From: Octopus sinensis
Taxonomy: Eukaryota
Direction: 5' to 3'
NCBI RefSeq assembly: GCF_006345805.1
Contig: NW_021833053.1
Span: forward strand, 1-64,000
Length of the DNA stretch: 64,000 nucleotides
Part shown: positions 14,286-26,942 of the stretch, in pieces
Layout: each line of letters begins with the position of its first letter
How positions within the stretch are numbered: the stretch's first letter is position 1
Notes under the pieces: model-generated
The model's database searches: none
What the model saw: the letters and a program-made list of their open reading frames with translations, nothing else
What the model was told of the DNA's origin: nothing
Made by a program: the position numbers and the translations under genes

Positions 14286-14475
14286 TTGTCCCCCCCCCCC
14301 AACATCGCTTGACAACCAATGCTGGTGTGTTTACGTCCTCGTAACATAGCAGTTCGGCAAAAGAGACTGCTAGAATAAGTACTAGGCTTACAAAGAATAA
14401 GTCCTGGGGTCGATTTGCTTGACGTAAAGGTGGTGCTCCAGCATGGCCACAGTCAAATGACAAACAAGTAAAAGA

Positions 14476-14516
<41 letters not shown>

Positions 14517-14554
14517 ATTGTTTAACATCCACTTTCCATGCTAGCATGGTTTAT

Positions 14555-14599
<45 letters not shown>

Positions 14600-14680
14600 C
14601 AAATGGATGTTTATGCACGCAATCATATACAAACCTATGAATACACAGTATACATTGTGTGTGTGTGTGTGTGTGTGTAA
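12640..14680. repeat. Direct tandem duplication of a ~1015-bp unit
   Basis: CGATAATGGC at 12681 and 13694. SINE ORFs start at matching positions 13106/14121. The copies differ almost only in microsatellite length. Confidence 0.92.
13076..13455 (+). mobile_element. tRNA-derived SINE, family B (GGCTGTGTGGTAAG head, CCTTGGGCAAGTGTC core, internal (TA/GT)n); duplicate at ~14091-14475
   Basis: tRNA-like head GGTTCAGTCCCAC and tail CAAATGACAAACAAGTAAAAGAG. Many copies in the window. Confidence 0.8.
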
Positions 14681-15059
14681 AATAAAGTAAGCATCTGTTT
14701 GGTAATCAATCGATTTGGCATCAGAATTTGATTAACTATATTATAATATTTATTACAGATTCCACTGATTTACAAGCCAACAAAATTTGCACCACCATTC
14801 TCCAACACCCAACACCACCAACAACACAATACAAACACCATAACATCAACAACAACTAACAGTTGTCTAGAAAAATCTATACATGTTCTTGTCTAAAATT
14901 ATTCAGATTTTTCCATCCTGTTGGCTTTAAGCCTGCAAAATGACCTCCTTCTTGAGTATCTCCCTGTTTGTTAAGCACAGCTTACAGGATGGAAGTCAGG
15001 TGATCAGGGACATTTTGTAATCAAACATCAAAAGAAACTTGAAATGTTTGTTGTTAATT

Positions 15060-15570
15060 TTTTTAATTTTTTTTTACAGAATGATAAAAAAATAAGACTA
15101 AATGAAATTCCTTTTCTCTGTAAATATCTTATATTGATTATTGAGAGGTGATGAGCAGTTAGAATGACTGTAGGGTGCGAGAGGATGAGAGAGTATGGGG
15201 TAAGAGAGATGAGAGTGGATACAGAAAGGGGAGAGTAAAAGAAAGAATAAAAGAGAAAGAAAAAACAAGAGATGAGGGAGTAAGAAAATGAGAAAAAAAA
15301 TAAACAAAAGCTGGGAAGAGAGATGAGAGAGAGAGAGAGAGAGAGAAGAATGAGAAACAAAACAGGAAAGAATAATAAATAGATTAAAGGAGAGAAGTGT
15401 GAGGGACAGAAAAATAGAGGGAAAAAGGAAAAGAAAGGACTTGGAGGGAGGGAGAGAGAGAGAGAAAGGGAGAAAGGGAGAGAGGAGAGTTTGGAAAAAG
15501 CGGGAAACAAAGGATGAAATGGAAATAGAGAAAAGTAAGAGAGAGAAAGAGCAATGAGATGAGAGACTCA
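15060..15570. repeat. Polypurine (GA-rich) low-complexity tract
   Basis: Mostly A/G on the + strand. The F/S/L-rich minus-strand ORFs are compositional artefacts. Confidence 0.85.
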
Positions 15571-15869
15571 TATCCTGCTAAAGGAAATGTATGTCTAAAC
15601 GGCAGTGGAATAAAGAACAACAATATGTCAGTGGAGGAACCACTTGTCACTATAAAGCAGTGGTAGCACTGTAAAGTTGATGAGTGTTTCAATTCTAGCC
15701 TCCAGAAAGAAATGTGTCTTATCCTGTTGATACTACAGAAACTATAAAAAAGAAAAAAGAACACCATCCTAGTGTACCATGCTCCAGTGGTCCATCTAAA
15801 GCAGTGCTTCTCAACCATGGTGGCGGTCCACAACAAAATAGTAAATTGAGGATCCACCTTGTGGGCGTA

Positions 15870-16235
15870 TGAGTGGCTATGTGGTAGGTAGCTTGCTTAC
15901 CAACCATATGGTTCCAGGTTCAGTCCTACTGCATGGCACCTTGGGCAAGCGTCTTCTACTAGAGCCTCGGGCCGACCAAAGCCTTGTGAGTGGATTTGGT
16001 AAACAGAACCTGAAAGAAGCTCTTTGTGTATATGTGTGTGTGTGTGTGTGTGTCCAACATCACTCGATAACTAATGCTGGTGTGTTTACGTTCCCGTAAC
16101 TTAGCAGTTCGGCAAAAGGGACCAATAGAATAAGTACTAGGCATCCAAAGAATAAGTCCTGGGGGTCGATTTGCTCAACTAAAGGCGGTGCTCCAGCATG
16201 GCCACAATCAAATGACTGAAACAAGTAAAAGAGTA
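15870..16235 (+). mobile_element. SINE family B
   Basis: Full-length match to the 13076 element. Confidence 0.8.
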
Positions 16236-16696
16236 TTGGTATATATTACAAGAAAAGGTTTGGTTTCTTTCTCTGATGCTTAAAATAGTTCAACCTACAA
16301 AAGTCAATGTGTTGAAAACAAAATAGGAATTTTAAAAGTGGGGGTCTGCCAGTATACAATAGCAATCTAAGGGGTCCATAGATATAAAAAATGGTTGAGA
16401 AACCCTGATCGAAAGGTATTCATTACTAGCTCATACTTGCTGCTAAAAGAAAGTAACAGAACTTGTTTCATTCTATTGAGAATCTCGGCAAAAAATATTG
16501 GCAACTTTGAACTCCAGTGATTCCTGTTTGAAACTCCACCATCCCGGAGAAAACTGAACTTCTCAAACTAAACTGAAGCATCCAGAATCATGCGCTTTGC
16601 CCACTGCCCAATAACATTGCTACAGGTGGTTTGTGGTCACTTTAACCTCCACTCTAGATTTTGCTTCATTGCTCAGGTTCTTTGTTAATTCTCATC

Positions 16697-17078
16697 TTTT
16701 ACTTGTTTCGGTCATTGGACTGTCGCCTTTCTGGAGCACTGCCTTAAAGGGCTTTACTCAAACAAATAAACCCTAGTAATTAGTTGTTTTGTTATTTTTT
16801 TAAAGTCTGGTACTTGTTCTATTATTCTCTTTTGCCAGACTGCTAAGTTACAAGGATGTAAGCAAACCAACACCAGCTATCAAGCAATGAGGCATGACAA
16901 ACAAACACAAAGACACACAAGATGGGCTTCCACACAGTTTCTGCCTATCAAATTCACTTACAAGGATTTGGTCAACCTGGGGGTACAGAAGATACATGTC
17001 CCAGGTACCGCACAGTGGGAATGAACCTGAAACCATGTGGTTGTAAAACGAGATTCTTAACACACAGCCATGCCTATG
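16697..17078 (-). mobile_element. SINE family B (diverged)
   Basis: Reverse-complement match to family B from head to tail. Confidence 0.7.
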
Positions 17079-18154
17079 CTGATATGGGCAACTTCTCACA
17101 TTTTTTTCTCTAAATTTTCCCTTGTCTAAAATAGCGGTCAACTCCTTTTCTTCTAGCAACTTATGTTACCTTCCCTTACATGAAGAAAAACTCACATGAA
17201 AGTATCCAAGTATTGCCTTCACTTTTTTCTATGAACCAACTAAATATGAAATTCCCTACCTGTATTTTGTAGAGGTGCATGGTTTAGTGGTTCGGGTGTT
17301 GGCACTCATGATAGTAAGATTGTGGGGGCAATTCCTGGACCAGGCAATACAAAACACTTCATTTCACATTGCTCCAGTCCACTAAGCTGACAAAAGTGAG
17401 TACTCCTTCAAGGGTCCAGCATCTTGTCCAGGGCCAAAATATATGCACTGCAGGAACCAGAAAACTGGTCCTAAGAGTCTGTAGGACTCAGAAAGGATCT
17501 ACCTGTATATGGAAAATAGCAACTGTGTCTAAAGTCCTACATTATGCCTTTTACTAAAGCTGGGAAGGTTATGCATACACTGATGAACAAATGTTGAAGC
17601 TTGACCCCTAAATTATCAATGTATACATATTTGTATATCCATATTGCTAGATCCCTGGATGCATCCAAAGTATACAGTTTTAGTCATTTTTATCATTTCT
17701 AAGATGTTTTCTCCAAACTTGTATGATTGTCTTCATCTTAGGTATCATCTCCAAAGGTATTAGACTTAATCAAAACAAACCATGTATTCTTCATTCTATA
17801 AGATGATAAAGCCTTTGGAATGCAGCTGTATAACACTAGAATATTTCCTACAGAACTTACTGTTAAAAGCAGGCTGATATACTTAACCTAGCAAGCCTAA
17901 AATAATTTTAGATGAATTAAAATGCTGATTAAATGACAATTCTTTTAAAGAAAGGGAAAGAACAGTGAAATGCAAATTGTATAATTTATGGAAATGGACA
18001 TGCAGTAGAGAATGAGTCTGATCTTGTTAAGTATGGCAAGCACTCTGCACATGATTCAGTCTTATAACGTTATGATAAATTTGGTCAAGTTGCTTTGAGA
18101 AATTAGAGACCAAAGATGAGAAAACTTGAAAAGATGAGATATTGTAAGAGAAAG

Positions 18155-18191
<37 letters not shown>

Positions 18192-18989
18192 TATGAAGTG
18201 CATGAGAATAGAGAAATTACCAAAATGGTGGTGGATTCTATGTTGGTCTCAACAACAAGAATTTCTACATATAACTGGCTGAGTATTCCATAGTGTTAAT
18301 GCAATTTTTAGACTGGATCAGTGGGACACAATGAAACAAAGTTGGCCATTTGAATTTTGGATAAAATACAGAAAGAAAGAGAGAGAAGAATTTTACCCAA
18401 GTAGTGGACTGATATTTTATCAACCCAAAAAGGATGAAAGGCCAAGTTAACCTTAGCAGAATTTTAACTCAGAATGCAAGGAGTAGAAATAAGTACTGCA
18501 AGGCATTGAATCTGATTCCATGAATATTCTATCAATTTGCTACCTCATGGGTTTATATGATGGGCTGATACATGTTGAAAGTGTCATGATATGTTGAATA
18601 CATGGGGGTATGCTAAATGTGAAACCACATGGTCTAGTGGTCAGGATGTCAGATTCACAATAGCAAGGATATGGGTTTGATTTCTGGACCTGGCAGCAGC
18701 ACATGTACTTTTGTGAAAAACACTTTATTTCACATTGGTCCAGTCCTTTCAGCTGAAAGTGAGTGCCACCAATAGCTGGGGGATTAACCTTGCAATGGAC
18801 TCATACTCTGTTCAGAGAACCATCTGGTTTTCTCAGTTGCTTAAATAACTGAAAAACCCGGATAAGTTCCAGCCTAAAGAATATGTAGGCTGATGACAAA
18901 CTTTTTTCTTTTTTTTGACAAAAGGTTAATGTTCCCAGATGAACCAATACACGACTGAAGCACACTGGTTTCAAATATCAGCACAAGGC

Positions 18990-19590
18990 CAGCAAATTGG
19001 GGAAAGGAGTAAGTCAATTACACCGACCCAGTGCCCAACTGGTACTTATTTTATCGACTCTGAAATGATGAAAGGCAATCATGGACCTCAGAGGTATTTG
19101 AACTCAGAAGGTGGCAAGCAGGCGGAAACATTAGCATGCCAGGCGAAATGCATAGCCGTATTTCGTCTGCCGTTATGTTCTGAGTTCAAATTCCACCGAG
19201 GTCGACTTGGCCTTTCATCCTTTCGGGGTCGATAAGTACCAGTTACGCACTGGGGTCAATGTAATCGACTTAATCCGTTTGTCTGTCCTTGTTTGTCCCC
19301 TTGTGGGTAGTAAAGAAATAGGTATTTCGTCTGCTGCTATGTTCTGAGTTCAAATTCCACCGAGGTCAACTTTGCCTTTCATCCTTTCGGGGTTGATTAA
19401 ATAAGTACCAGTTACGCACTGGGGTTGATGTAATCGACTTAATCCGTTTGTCTGTCCTTGTTTGTCCCCTCTGTGTTTAGCTCCTTGTGGGTAGTAAAGA
19501 AATAGGTATTTGAACTCAGAATGTAGACGAACAAAATGCCACTAAGCATTTTCCCCAGCCTGCTAATGATTCTGCCAGCTCGCCGCCTTA
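18990..19590. mobile_element. Nested family A SINEs: a + strand partial dimer (19110-19503) inside a - strand copy
   Basis: The minus-strand copy is split between ~18990-19109 and 19504-19590. The 18-bp direct repeat AGGTATTTGAACTCAGAA lies at 19092 and 19504. Confidence 0.75.
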
Positions 19591-20169
19591 AATTGAAGCA
19601 CATTGAAAGGTAATATATTGCAGACTACACATGCCAAACTTCAAACAAACCTTCAATCCCCAATATTCTATACTTTCAGATCTATTGTATAACTTGTACA
19701 CTCCGTTTTTCTCTTGTACCACTACTGCTTATCTGAATTCTATTTTTTTGTCTAACTCCTACTTAAAAATCACTTGGTGATCCAGTCTCTTTCCTACCAT
19801 AGAACCTATCATTTCTCTCATTCCTAAACTTCCTTGTACATTCCTAATCCTTTTCCTCCAGATTTAAAAACTCTGCAAACCACCATGTTTGATTTACACT
19901 ACCACTAACTTCTAGAAGTTTGAATTAACTTCACCCAGATATTACTAAACCACCATTAATGTCTAAAGATGACAGAGCATCTTTGTTTGACACTAGATAA
20001 TTAAAAAGTATGTATTGGCAATTATGATAACGAGAGGATGTTAGATATCTTAAGAGAGAGGGTGATGATGTTGGCAATGATACTGAAACATTATATTGGC
20101 AAAGATATCTATGGTAACACAGGCAATAATAATGATAATGTTGGTACAATACTGATGATGGCAATGACA

Positions 20170-21065
20170 GCAATGACAATAGTGTTGTCATTTTAGCAAT
20201 GATGATAGCGTTGACATGATAGCAATGATGATAATGCTGGCACGATAGCAATGACGATAGCGTTGACATGAGAGCAATGCTGATAGCGTTGACATGAGAG
20301 CAATGCTGATAGCATTGACATGAGAGCAATGATGATAGCATTGACATGATAGCAATGATGATAGCGTTGACATGATAGCAATGATGATAATGCTGGCACG
20401 ATAGCAATGATGATAGTGTTGACACGATAGCAATGATGATAGCGTTGACATGATAGCAATGATGATAGTGTTGACATGATAGCAATGATGATAGTGTTGA
20501 CATGATAGCAATGACGATAGCGTTGACATGATAGCAATGACGATAGTGTTGACATGATAGCAATGATGATAATGCTGGCACGATAGCAATGATGATAGCG
20601 TTGACATGATAGCAATGATGATAGCATTGACATGATAGCAATGATGATAGCGTTGACATGATAGCAATGATGATAATGCTGGCACGATAGCAATGATGAT
20701 AGCGTTGACATGATAGCAATGATGATAATGCTGGCACGATAGCAATGACGATAGCGTTGACATGAGAGCAATGCTGATAGCGTTGACATGAGAGCAATGC
20801 TGATAGCATTGACATGAGAGCAATGACGATAGCGTTGACATGAGAGCAATGACGATAGCGTTGACATGAGAGCAATGACGATAGCGTTGACATGAGAGCA
20901 ATGACGATAGCGTTGACATGAGAGCAATGACGATAGCGTTGACATGAGAGCAATGACGATAGCGTTGACATGAGAGCAATGACGATAGCGTTGGCATGAT
21001 AGCAATGACAATAGTGTTGGCATGATAGCAATGACAATAGTGTTGGCATGATAGCAATGACGATA
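20170..21065. repeat. 26-bp minisatellite, ~34 units (GCAATGATGATAGCGTTGACATGATA and variants)
   Basis: The 26-aa periodicity in three minus-strand ORFs equals 3 x 26 nt. At least three unit variants are interspersed. Confidence 0.95.
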
Positions 21066-21148
21066 TTGTTTGTATAACAGCAATGATAATGTTGGCAATG
21101 CTAGGAAGTATGAGAAAATCATGAATATCATTAAAAGAAAATGTTTAC

Positions 21149-21340
21149 TTTAGTGTTAATCCGGAATGTTATATAGGATTCCAAGGTACTTGTGTGTTTC
21201 TCGGGATTATCAACCATAACAAATAAATCCCTAGTTTCTGAATCAAAGTCATCATCCAATTTGAAGTTGGCTATTAGACTTGAACTACAAGACACAGTCA
21301 TTTCAGACTTTGACGACGTATCTAAATCCAGGCTTTCAAG
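21149..21340 (-). CDS. SNX30: SNX30/7-like coding exon 2 (LESLDLD...[39 protein letters not shown])
   Basis: 192 nt, TTTCAG acceptor, GTAAAC donor, phase 0/0. The ETRDLFVxVDxPxKH...ExYITxRI signature is recalled from SNX30. Confidence 0.95.
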
Positions 21341-21916
21341 CTGAAAGATCAAAAGAAAAAATTATTAATTACTTAAAGCCAATAATATTATAATATATTG
21401 GGAGGATCATGTTGCCAATAAATGTAAGCATACTGGTTGTGGGTCACTTCAGTTACAGTTATATTGTAAAAATATTTTTCAATATGTCAGATGCAGGTAT
21501 GGCTGTGTGGTTAAGAAATTTGCTCCACAGCTATGTGGTTTTAGGTTCAATCCCACCTTGAGCAAATATCTTCTACAAAAGTCCCAGGTTAAATATCATG
21601 CAAGTGAAACTGATAGATGGAAACTGAATAAAGTCCATCATGTATATGTGAAAGTGGGTGTGTGCATATACACACACACAGATATACACACATATATACC
21701 TATACATGTACTTATATATATACATTTATGCACATACACACACAGAGGCATAGGTGTGGCTGCATGTTAAGACGTTTGCTTCCCAAACATGATTCCAGGT
21801 TCAGTCCTACTGTTTCAAACATAGGGCAAGAGTCAACTATACCCGAGGCTGACCAAAGCCTTGTGAGTGGATTTGATGGATGGAAACTGAAAGAAGCCTG
21901 TCATGTCTGCTTGTGT

Positions 21917-21952
<36 letters not shown>

Positions 21953-22917
21953 ATGCGTGCATGCTAAAGTCTGTTTCAACAAATTATCTGCTAGCTCTTT
22001 GCCTTCGAAGGTAGATGATGTAATGGATCCCTGAAAGACATCCACCTGTAAAACACTGACTCAATAATATAGTTTTCATCTTACACATGCTAACATAGTA
22101 AAATGGACATAAAATGAACAAAGAAAACTGAAGTGAGCCACTACCAGCAGATGTATTTATTAGCAGTATGGCCCTCCAAAATAAAATGTTGGTTTCAATA
22201 TTGTTTCATATCAAAATTCTTGCAAAACAAATATAAAAATGAAATTTTATATTAATTATCTGAAACAAAAAATATATATGAATGAATTAACAGCAAAAAT
22301 TTTCAATGTATGCCACTGCAGAAAGACTTCCACATGTCCCCCCCCACACACACACACACATTTTCTCCCAAATTTCTTTATTTAAAAAAAATTTTTTTTT
22401 GCCAAAAACCCCCATTTTCGGATACAGAGGTTTCAAAAATCAGCACTGAAATCCCCCACCCCACCCCAAATTCTTCAATTTTAACTCTTTTCCCCAACAC
22501 TAACCCTAAGACCCTAACCGTAACTAGAGAAATGTTTTGAAATATTTGACCGAATCATAATGTCTGTATTTTTCTGCATATTTTGAAAAAGAAAATTCTT
22601 AAAAGAATTTTTCCCAAAAGGTTTGGAAATTTATTTTTCAGAATCATAATCCCCATATTTTTCTGCATATTTTGAAAAAAAATTTCTGAAAAAAGTACAA
22701 AAAAAAATTAAGGAAACGGCAGTAGGGGTGGTAATTTAAAAAAGCCGATTTTTGCCAATTTTTTGGCAGATTCATATTCCTTGTAGACGATAAGGAGGGG
22801 TTGTGTAAAAAAAAGAGTTTTTTTTAAACGGTGGTTTTTTGTGGAGGATGGGCAGAAGTCTTGCAGCCACTGCTGCTCTTTTCTATTTCACATTGGTCCT
22901 AGTAATATGTATAACTT

Positions 22918-23370
22918 TAGTAGAAAAGGTGTAGGTAGAAACTCCATAAGATGTACCCAGTGTGAGCTATGGACACATAAGAGGTGCAGCAATATCAAAG
23001 GAAGGCTAACTGGGAAGATAGTTTTTGCGTGTGGCAAATGTTCAGGGACAATAAACACTGAAAACATGCAGAAAACAGCTTCAGTCACATGCCAGGGAGA
23101 AAAACTAGAAGTAGTTGATAGCTTCCGCTACCTAGGTGACCAAGTCAATGCTCTGAAAGTGTAGCTGCTAGAATAAGAATAGCCTGGGCAAAGTTCAGAG
23201 AGCTCCTACCTCTGTTGGTGACAAAGGGCCTCTCGCTCAGAGTAAAAGGTAGACTGCATAATGCATGTGTAGGAACAGCCATGCTACATGGCAGTGAAAC
23301 ATGGGCTGTGATTGCTGAAGACATGCGTAAGCTTGCAAGGAATGAAGCTAGTATGATCAGCCGGATGTGT
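22918..23370 (+). mobile_element. 5'-truncated RTE-like LINE fragment (PHD-like finger plus RT C-terminus)
   Basis: RKGVGRNSIRCTQCELWTHKRCS...CGKC, VVDSFRYLGD and LHGSETW motifs. Confidence 0.85.
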
Positions 23371-24044
23371 GCTTACTCTGAGATATATATATATATATAT
23401 ATATATGGTGGCTGCCCCCTTGTTATCGAGTATGGCCATTGCACAAAGCTTAATCAATGTTGTTATCGTGCAATGCCTGTGCAAGAAGATTTTCTTTTAA
23501 AGTGAGGAAAGGCTGTGCACTGAGTCAATCCCACTCACTAAGCAACAGCAGCCATAATCCCAAAAGAAGAACAAGTCAACATCATCGGTAACCACTGAGC
23601 CACAGGTTTTATGTTAGAGTTATCCTAGTTACCTGAGCTACCTTCTCCTAGAAGGATGCCCTAACAAAGACTAGGAGTCCTTCACTCCCAATGGTTTAAC
23701 CACGCGATCGGGTATTCAGTCCGATTATTTCTATGTCCCCGTGCATGATACAGCTTTAGGACATTTATTGGATGGACAATTTTCAGAATAGAATGTCTTT
23801 GTTTCAATTTTTTTTTTTTTTTGTCTTCTTTGACAGACAGACTTGTTGATCAGGACATACTTCTGCATTATTTGAGGCAATTTATAATGTATCGATAAAC
23901 TAAGTTTTTGTTTTGCCATTTGTTTTGGTTTTCCATAAATGTATAGATTATTCTTAGCTCGTTGCTGATGCTTTGTGAAGGTCTTTTGACTGTCGCCCAA
24001 ATGAAATTGCTTACACATATGCATACACACAACATTAGAACAAG

Positions 24045-24084
<40 letters not shown>

Positions 24085-24710
24085 ATATATAGTGAGAGAG
24101 TGTGGTAAACATATATAGAGAGGGGGAAGTTTACAATGAGAAAACCATAAATGAAAGAGACAGACAAGTAGAAAGAGATAATTTCTTTTAAAGTCAGAGA
24201 TTTTGAAATTTTTTAATTAAGCGATAATTTTCCAATTTAGTATATTGATGTACTTTTTCATGCTGAATTCGATTTTGTGATTCATTTATTCCAGAAAAAA
24301 ATTTACAAAAATGTTACAAAGATTTAAAGTTTGATCATTTTTACCCAACTGGAAAACAGAATTTGGAAGCTAGCATTTTCTGTGTGATAGCTGACTATCA
24401 TAAATGAAAGCAAACATTATGATGATGAAATTTTAAACAAAATGAAAGCAATAATATGTCATATCAAGAGAGAGAGGGAGGAGAGCAGTATGTGTGAGAG
24501 ATCCATATACAAAGAGTGTGGTAAATATATATATAGAGAGAGAGAGCCTGGCGGAGACAAAGGGTGGTAGATTTGTCAATATGAAAGTTGTTATTTCTCA
24601 TAGCAAATTAAATTTTGATATAACCAGGAACCTTGTTGCTGGGATACAGATTTTGAAAATCAAATCCTTTTTCACAAGGATGCACTGTTACAGAGCCTTT
24701 CCATGACATA

Positions 24711-24785
<75 letters not shown>

Positions 24786-26552
24786 GCTTTTGGTAGTGTA
24801 GAAAATAGTATATTAATAAGGTTAGTCAGAAGAAATAAAGGAATTGTTCCTTACTTTAGCAGGCACCACCTTTTAGATGGTTACAAGGACTAAAGATTTA
24901 CAAAATAAAATAGAAATTAGTATATCATCAGTTATATCTTTTGATCACTGATAAGTGTCCTGTCCATAACCAAATACAAACAGATTATTTTTTTTTTTAA
25001 ATGTGTTTAATAATTGTGTTGTAACTGGTTTTAATACTCTATTTCTAAGAAAAAACACAACAGGGTCTCCATCGGACCCCACAACACCCACAAGGGATGG
25101 GACCTAGCATTCGGTTTAAAACCACTGCTTCACAGGCTGATACTGACAATAGTCAGTAATCTGAGGTATGAAGGGAAATGATGCTTCAATTCAATGATGA
25201 CTTGAGTTTGCTGCCAACTGACAGAGAGATATCACCTGTATTCAGATAATCCTCCATTTCCCCATGTATCATTTGAAAAATGGAAAGCCAAGATGATTTT
25301 TATTGCCTGACTTAAAACATCTATTATTTTCTACTTAGGTGATTAAAGAATACAGGATTCAAAATAAGAATGAATATATTCAATATATGCAGATGAGCAA
25401 ACAAATAATATACACCCAATAATATACAAGCAAATATACATACAAAACACACACGCAGCAATATCAATGTCTAAATCAGTTGTGTTTCTAGATATGCTAA
25501 GTTTGTAAAAATATATACTAAAAAAATTATACATTGCTGGAATAATTTTGATGATCAAGGTTTGCTCTATCTAAACTGACTTAGTGCTAAGCAACAGCAG
25601 CAAAAGAAGAAAAAAAACTAGGAAAACAAGACGATTAAGAGCTTGTGTTATGCCCATGGATAGCATAAGGTGCAGCAGGAGTAATAAGATATGTAACTCA
25701 TTCGTTAGAAGACACCCTAATGATTCAGCTGACAAGAACTACTGCATAAATTCATACAAGTAGAGATGGTTGAGACTGGTGGAGTGGATAGTATGTCTAG
25801 TTAATTATAGTAGAGATGGCTTAAATAGAAGAATAGTAAAACGGATGATACGTCCAGCTAATTATGGTAGAATGGTTGAGACTGAAGCATGATAAATGGA
25901 TGTTATGCCCAATTGGACAGTGTTTTAAATTCATATCTTAACGAAAGTTTTCTAATTATTACTTATGAAATTATGGTGTGGAAGAGCTTAGTGGAAGGTA
26001 GAAAGGAACGATGCCAGATGAAATGTCTGTGGGAATGTAGAGAAATAGAGCTTAAATCCTTCCAGAGTCAACTCGGCTGTTCATCTTTACAGGATTGTCA
26101 AAGTACCAATAATATATTGATGATGGGTTAAATTCAATCACATATATTCCTTCTCTACAACACATGGCATTTTGCTAGCAATAGATTTTGGAGTGAAGTG
26201 CAGAATAAGGAATTATGCCTAAAACAGCTAAAGTGGTTTGTGAGGAGTTGTGCCCCACCATCTTTATATATCACCATTATGTCCAACAGTAGAATGGAGA
26301 AAACAGTCATTCTATACTTCCAGCACAGAACCAAGATGGCTGCAGTCTCCACTGGAAGATTTATCTTAGAACAATTTGAATTTTTTAAAAATGACAAAAA
26401 AAAAAAAAACTACAACAGAGTGGCACTAATTTCAACCATTTAAATGTTTTAAAATCAAACCTTGACTTAGCAAGGATTTGTCTTTCTTCCATCTAAAATA
26501 AAGCTAAAATACATTGAAATCCATTGCATCAAATATATATCTCTTCCCTATT

Positions 26553-26942
26553 CTTTTATACGTTTCAGTTATTTGACTGTGGCAATGCTGGTGCACCATC
26601 TTAAAGGGTTTTAGTCTAAGAAATTGATCCCAGGACTTATGGTTTGTAAGCCTAGTACTTATTCTATCAGTCTCTTTTGTCAAACCACCAAGCTATGGGG
26701 ACATAAACACATCAACATTGGTTGTCAAGTGATGGTGGATGGACAAACACAGACAAAAAAACACCTGCATAAATATATGCCAGGCTTCTTTCAGTTTCCA
26801 TCTACTAAATCTACTCACAAGGTTTTGGTCAGCCCAAGGCTATAGTAGAAGACACGTGCCCAAGGTGTCATGCAGTGAGACTGAACTCAGAACCATGTGG
26901 TAGGGAAGCAAGCTTCTTACCACACAGCCACACCTGCACCTA
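26553..26942 (-). mobile_element. SINE family B
   Basis: Reverse-complement match to family B. Confidence 0.75.

Noticed and set aside
15028-15857. F/S/L-rich membrane-like ORFs (also 5814-6381, 50088-50476, 58174-58695)
   Set aside because: Produced by polypurine/polypyrimidine low-complexity tracts.
19931-21131. Three long Cys/His-rich ORFs (372, 289 and 312 aa) as a metal-binding protein gene
   Set aside because: All three frames are open only because the 26-bp unit lacks minus-strand stops. There is no splice or codon evidence.
22300-22860. Telomere-like TAACCCTAA stretch within an AT-rich element
   Set aside because: Only about two degenerate units. It is probably part of an unclassified repeat and could not be assigned with support.
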